In this document: positions 61,374 to 64,000 of the stretch, piece by piece | Position numbering within the stretch: position 1 is the first letter of the stretch | How the letters are laid out: each line of letters opens with the position of its first letter | Source: Mytilus edulis | Lineage: Eukaryota | NCBI RefSeq assembly: GCF_963676685.1 | Contig: NC_092344.1 | Location: 90,458,001-90,522,000, forward strand | Reading direction: 5' to 3' | DNA: 64,000 bases | The notes under the pieces: generated by a model | The model's input: the letters and a program-made list of their open reading frames with translations, nothing else | What the model was told of the DNA's origin: nothing | Databases searched by the model: none | Translations under genes and position numbers: made by a program

Positions 61374-61733
61374 GGTTTAGGGGTGGGGATGTCAACCGTT
61401 TTCAAATTCTCAAACAGGAGGGGTGGGGTGATCCCCAGGGACTCCCCCAATATTTCATTTGATTTGTTATATTGTCCCATACATGAATATATGTGGTTTA
61501 GGGGTGGGGATAACGACTGTTTCCAAGTTCTCAGACAGGAGGGGCAGGTGACCCCCAGGGACTCCCCCTATATTTCATTTGAATTGTTATATTGTCCAAT
61601 ACATGAATATATTTGGTTTAGGGGTGGGGATCTAGACCGTTTCAAGTTCTCAGACAGGAGGGGTGGGGTGACTCCAGGGACTTCCCCTATATTTCATTCG
61701 ATTTATTATATTGTCCCATCCATGAATATACAT
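61374..61733. repeat. ~120-bp tandem repeat, 3 copies, rich in G and C runs
   Basis: Units start GGTTTAGGGGTGGGGAT at 61374, 61495 and 61615. Confidence 0.9.
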
Positions 61734-63112
61734 GGAAGGAAGCCATCCGCCTCTGAACCATCTTTGAGAACATGCAATGACAAGGTAGAGATTGAACATG
61801 GCCAAAATTTTCTAAATTCAACAGGCAATTACTCTAGAAAAACTCAATAAACTGGAACATTCTCCCCACATGGAAACTGTATATAAGAATCTAACAAAAG
61901 ACCTAGTTTTGTGTAGATACCTATAAAAAATGTTGCTATGAATATGTCAGTTTGAAAACCGATTTGTGGCTTAGAGCAATTGTGCATTACTCTAAACAAA
62001 AAAAACTATATTGACTGAAATATTAAAAACAATTTCTCATCCACATGTAAGAATCTAATAATGAACTAAAATATAACTTCCATGCAGATATGATAAATCG
62101 TGAATGAAGAAGGAGTTGATGTACAGGACCAAAATCTTCTTATCTCAAAGAGCATCTCTCCAAAGCCCAATGGAATTGAGTATCCTGTCAAAATACACAT
62201 CAGTTTATTATAATCCAGTTCTTTTAAATATGATTAAACATGTAGGAGTTAGGATGACAAGGGCAGTGTTGGACTGTCCAAAATTTCTAAGTTGAAAGGG
62301 GAATAACTCCAACAAAAGTAACTGGGCAGGAACATCTATATATATATACTATGATTTAACAATGCACCCAGTATAACTCAGAAGTATATAGAATGAATGC
62401 AACAATAAAGTCCGTCTGAAAAAACAAAAATTTTCTAACTTCAATGACCAATACTCTATAAAAATTCAACATTCTCAATGAACTTGGAACATCCTACCAA
62501 CATGCACATGGATCTAACAATGTACCAACCTCCATTAAGATGGGAGGGAGGAGTATTGTCCATGTTGTCAATGTAAGTATGACATGAAGGTGTTTGACAA
62601 GGCAAATCTTGCAAGCTTTATAAAGAAGAATGTGGCATTCTCCATACTTGAACATCTCAATATCTTGATCAAACCATATACAAAGTTTTGTGTGGATACA
62701 ATAAAACATGTAAGAGTTTCAAACGTGCTAGTTTGATATTGAACAGGACCAAGATTTCTAAGTTGAAAGAGCTATACTCTTTTTAATTAGATAGATGGGA
62801 ACATCCTACCCACATTCACATCTAACAATGTGCTAAGTTTCATGAAATAGGAAATTAGGCCCATTATAGTGAATGTAGGTCCTGAAAAGGATTAAAGCTA
62901 CCAAACTGACAGGGGCATAATTCTGGATTAACTAAACTTAAAACAAACTCCTTCACATGATCGTGTTACCATATCATGGTCAAACAATCTGCTAGGTATC
63001 AAGTGAATCAAACAAATGATAAGCAATTTGGATAGAGGGACAGACAGGCTTATTCTCAAACTTTATTTGCTGGGGAAATAAATGTTTGTAGAGCTAAATA
63101 TAAAACTTCAAA

Positions 63113-63875
63113 CAACAAGAGTGCACACGCTGAAATGTCCTGCCTTCTATACTAACTATTGATATTGTGTTGATTTAGTTCTAAATATAAAGATTTACTA
63201 CAACTATCATATGAACTAAACATAATCCAAGAAAATAAGGTCAAAGGTTGGATCAACCAAACTGGAAATACATGTACACCTAACAATCATTCCATACACC
63301 AAATATGCTTTAAATTTATATGCGTTTAGTTGACATATTGCCTATCTTAGAAACAAACTTAACCAGGAAAACTTTACATAGATCAATGAACCATGAAAAT
63401 GAGGTCAAGGTCAGATGAACCCTGCCAGATAGACATCCATACCTTACAATCATTACATTTTTAAATATAAAAGTTAACCTTTTGCATATAGTATCTAAGA
63501 AACAAACTTAGTGGTTGTCGTTTGTTGATGTGTTGCATATTTTTTTTTTCTTCTTTTTTTTAACATGAATTACGCTTTGAGTTTTCTCGTTTAAATTGTT
63601 TTACATTTGTCATTTCGGGGCCTTTTATAGCTGACAATGTAGTATGGGTTTTGCTCATTGTTGAAGGCTGTACAGTGACCAATAGTTAATTTCTGAGTCA
63701 TTTTGGTTTCTTGTGGAGAGTTTTCTTATTGGCAATTATACCACATCTTCTTTTTTGTATTAATCAGGAAAACTTAAGATTGACCAATGAACCACAGGCA
63801 CTTGTCTAAGAAAAAAATTCTTATATAAAAAAAAAATCTGAGACAAGTGCCTGTGCAATGAACCATGAAAATGTG
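63113..63875 (+). mobile_element. HINE/pearl-like element, second copy, carrying nested insertions
   Basis: Same start as 46286; interrupted by an inverted family-A repeat (~63512-63757) and the 63-bp MITE. Confidence 0.6.
63793..63855. mobile_element. 63-bp micro-MITE with 8-bp TSD (same family as 50313)
   Basis: CACAGGCACTTGTCT ... AGACAAGTGCCTGTG, flanked by CAATGAAC on both sides; inserted into a HINE-like repeat. Confidence 0.85.
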
Positions 63876-63876
63876 G

Positions 63877-64000
63877 TACTGTGGATTCATTATTATTCGT
63901 TGGATACCAATTTTCGTGGATTTCGTGGGCACAGTCAAATCACGAAATTAAATATTCAACGAATGATAATTTTTCTATAGGTTTGTATGCAGACATCAGT
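63877..64000 (+). mobile_element. Probable TA-flanked MITE cut by the window edge
   Basis: TA|CTGTGGATTCATTATTATTCGTTGGATACCAATTTTCGTGGATTTCGTGG start with repeated TTCGTG motifs; other end not visible. Confidence 0.45.

Noticed and set aside
61383-61850. 155-aa ORF with internal repeats
   Set aside because: Translation of the 120-bp tandem array; non-ATG start and no splice or domain support.

Overview
AT-rich animal genomic DNA with spliceosomal introns and dense interspersed repeats. Gene content and repeat families suggest a bivalve mollusc, probably a Mytilus mussel (my inference from recognising the repeats; no search was run). The core is a minus-strand tandem cluster of four six-exon genes, each encoding a ~280-295 aa secreted protein (signal peptide plus two FAS1/fasciclin domains) with the same intron phases (1-0-1-1-1). 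Between the third and fourth copies lie two plus-strand genes: an intronless class A GPCR, and a two-exon ATP-grasp ligase matching only the C-terminal half of carnosine synthase (CARNS1). The left end holds the 5' part of an uncharacterised gene for a basic-then-acidic, probably disordered protein. Non-coding DNA holds decayed Penelope-like elements (one split by a young RTE-X-like LINE with a 13-bp TSD), a PIF/Harbinger element, several MITE families (one with members of only 63 and 94 bp), foldbacks and minisatellites. It also holds about ten remnants of ~300-350 bp hammerhead-ribozyme (retrozyme-like) repeats, including a recurring non-canonical core variant. Exons and TSDs were read by hand; repeat boundaries without TSDs are approximate.
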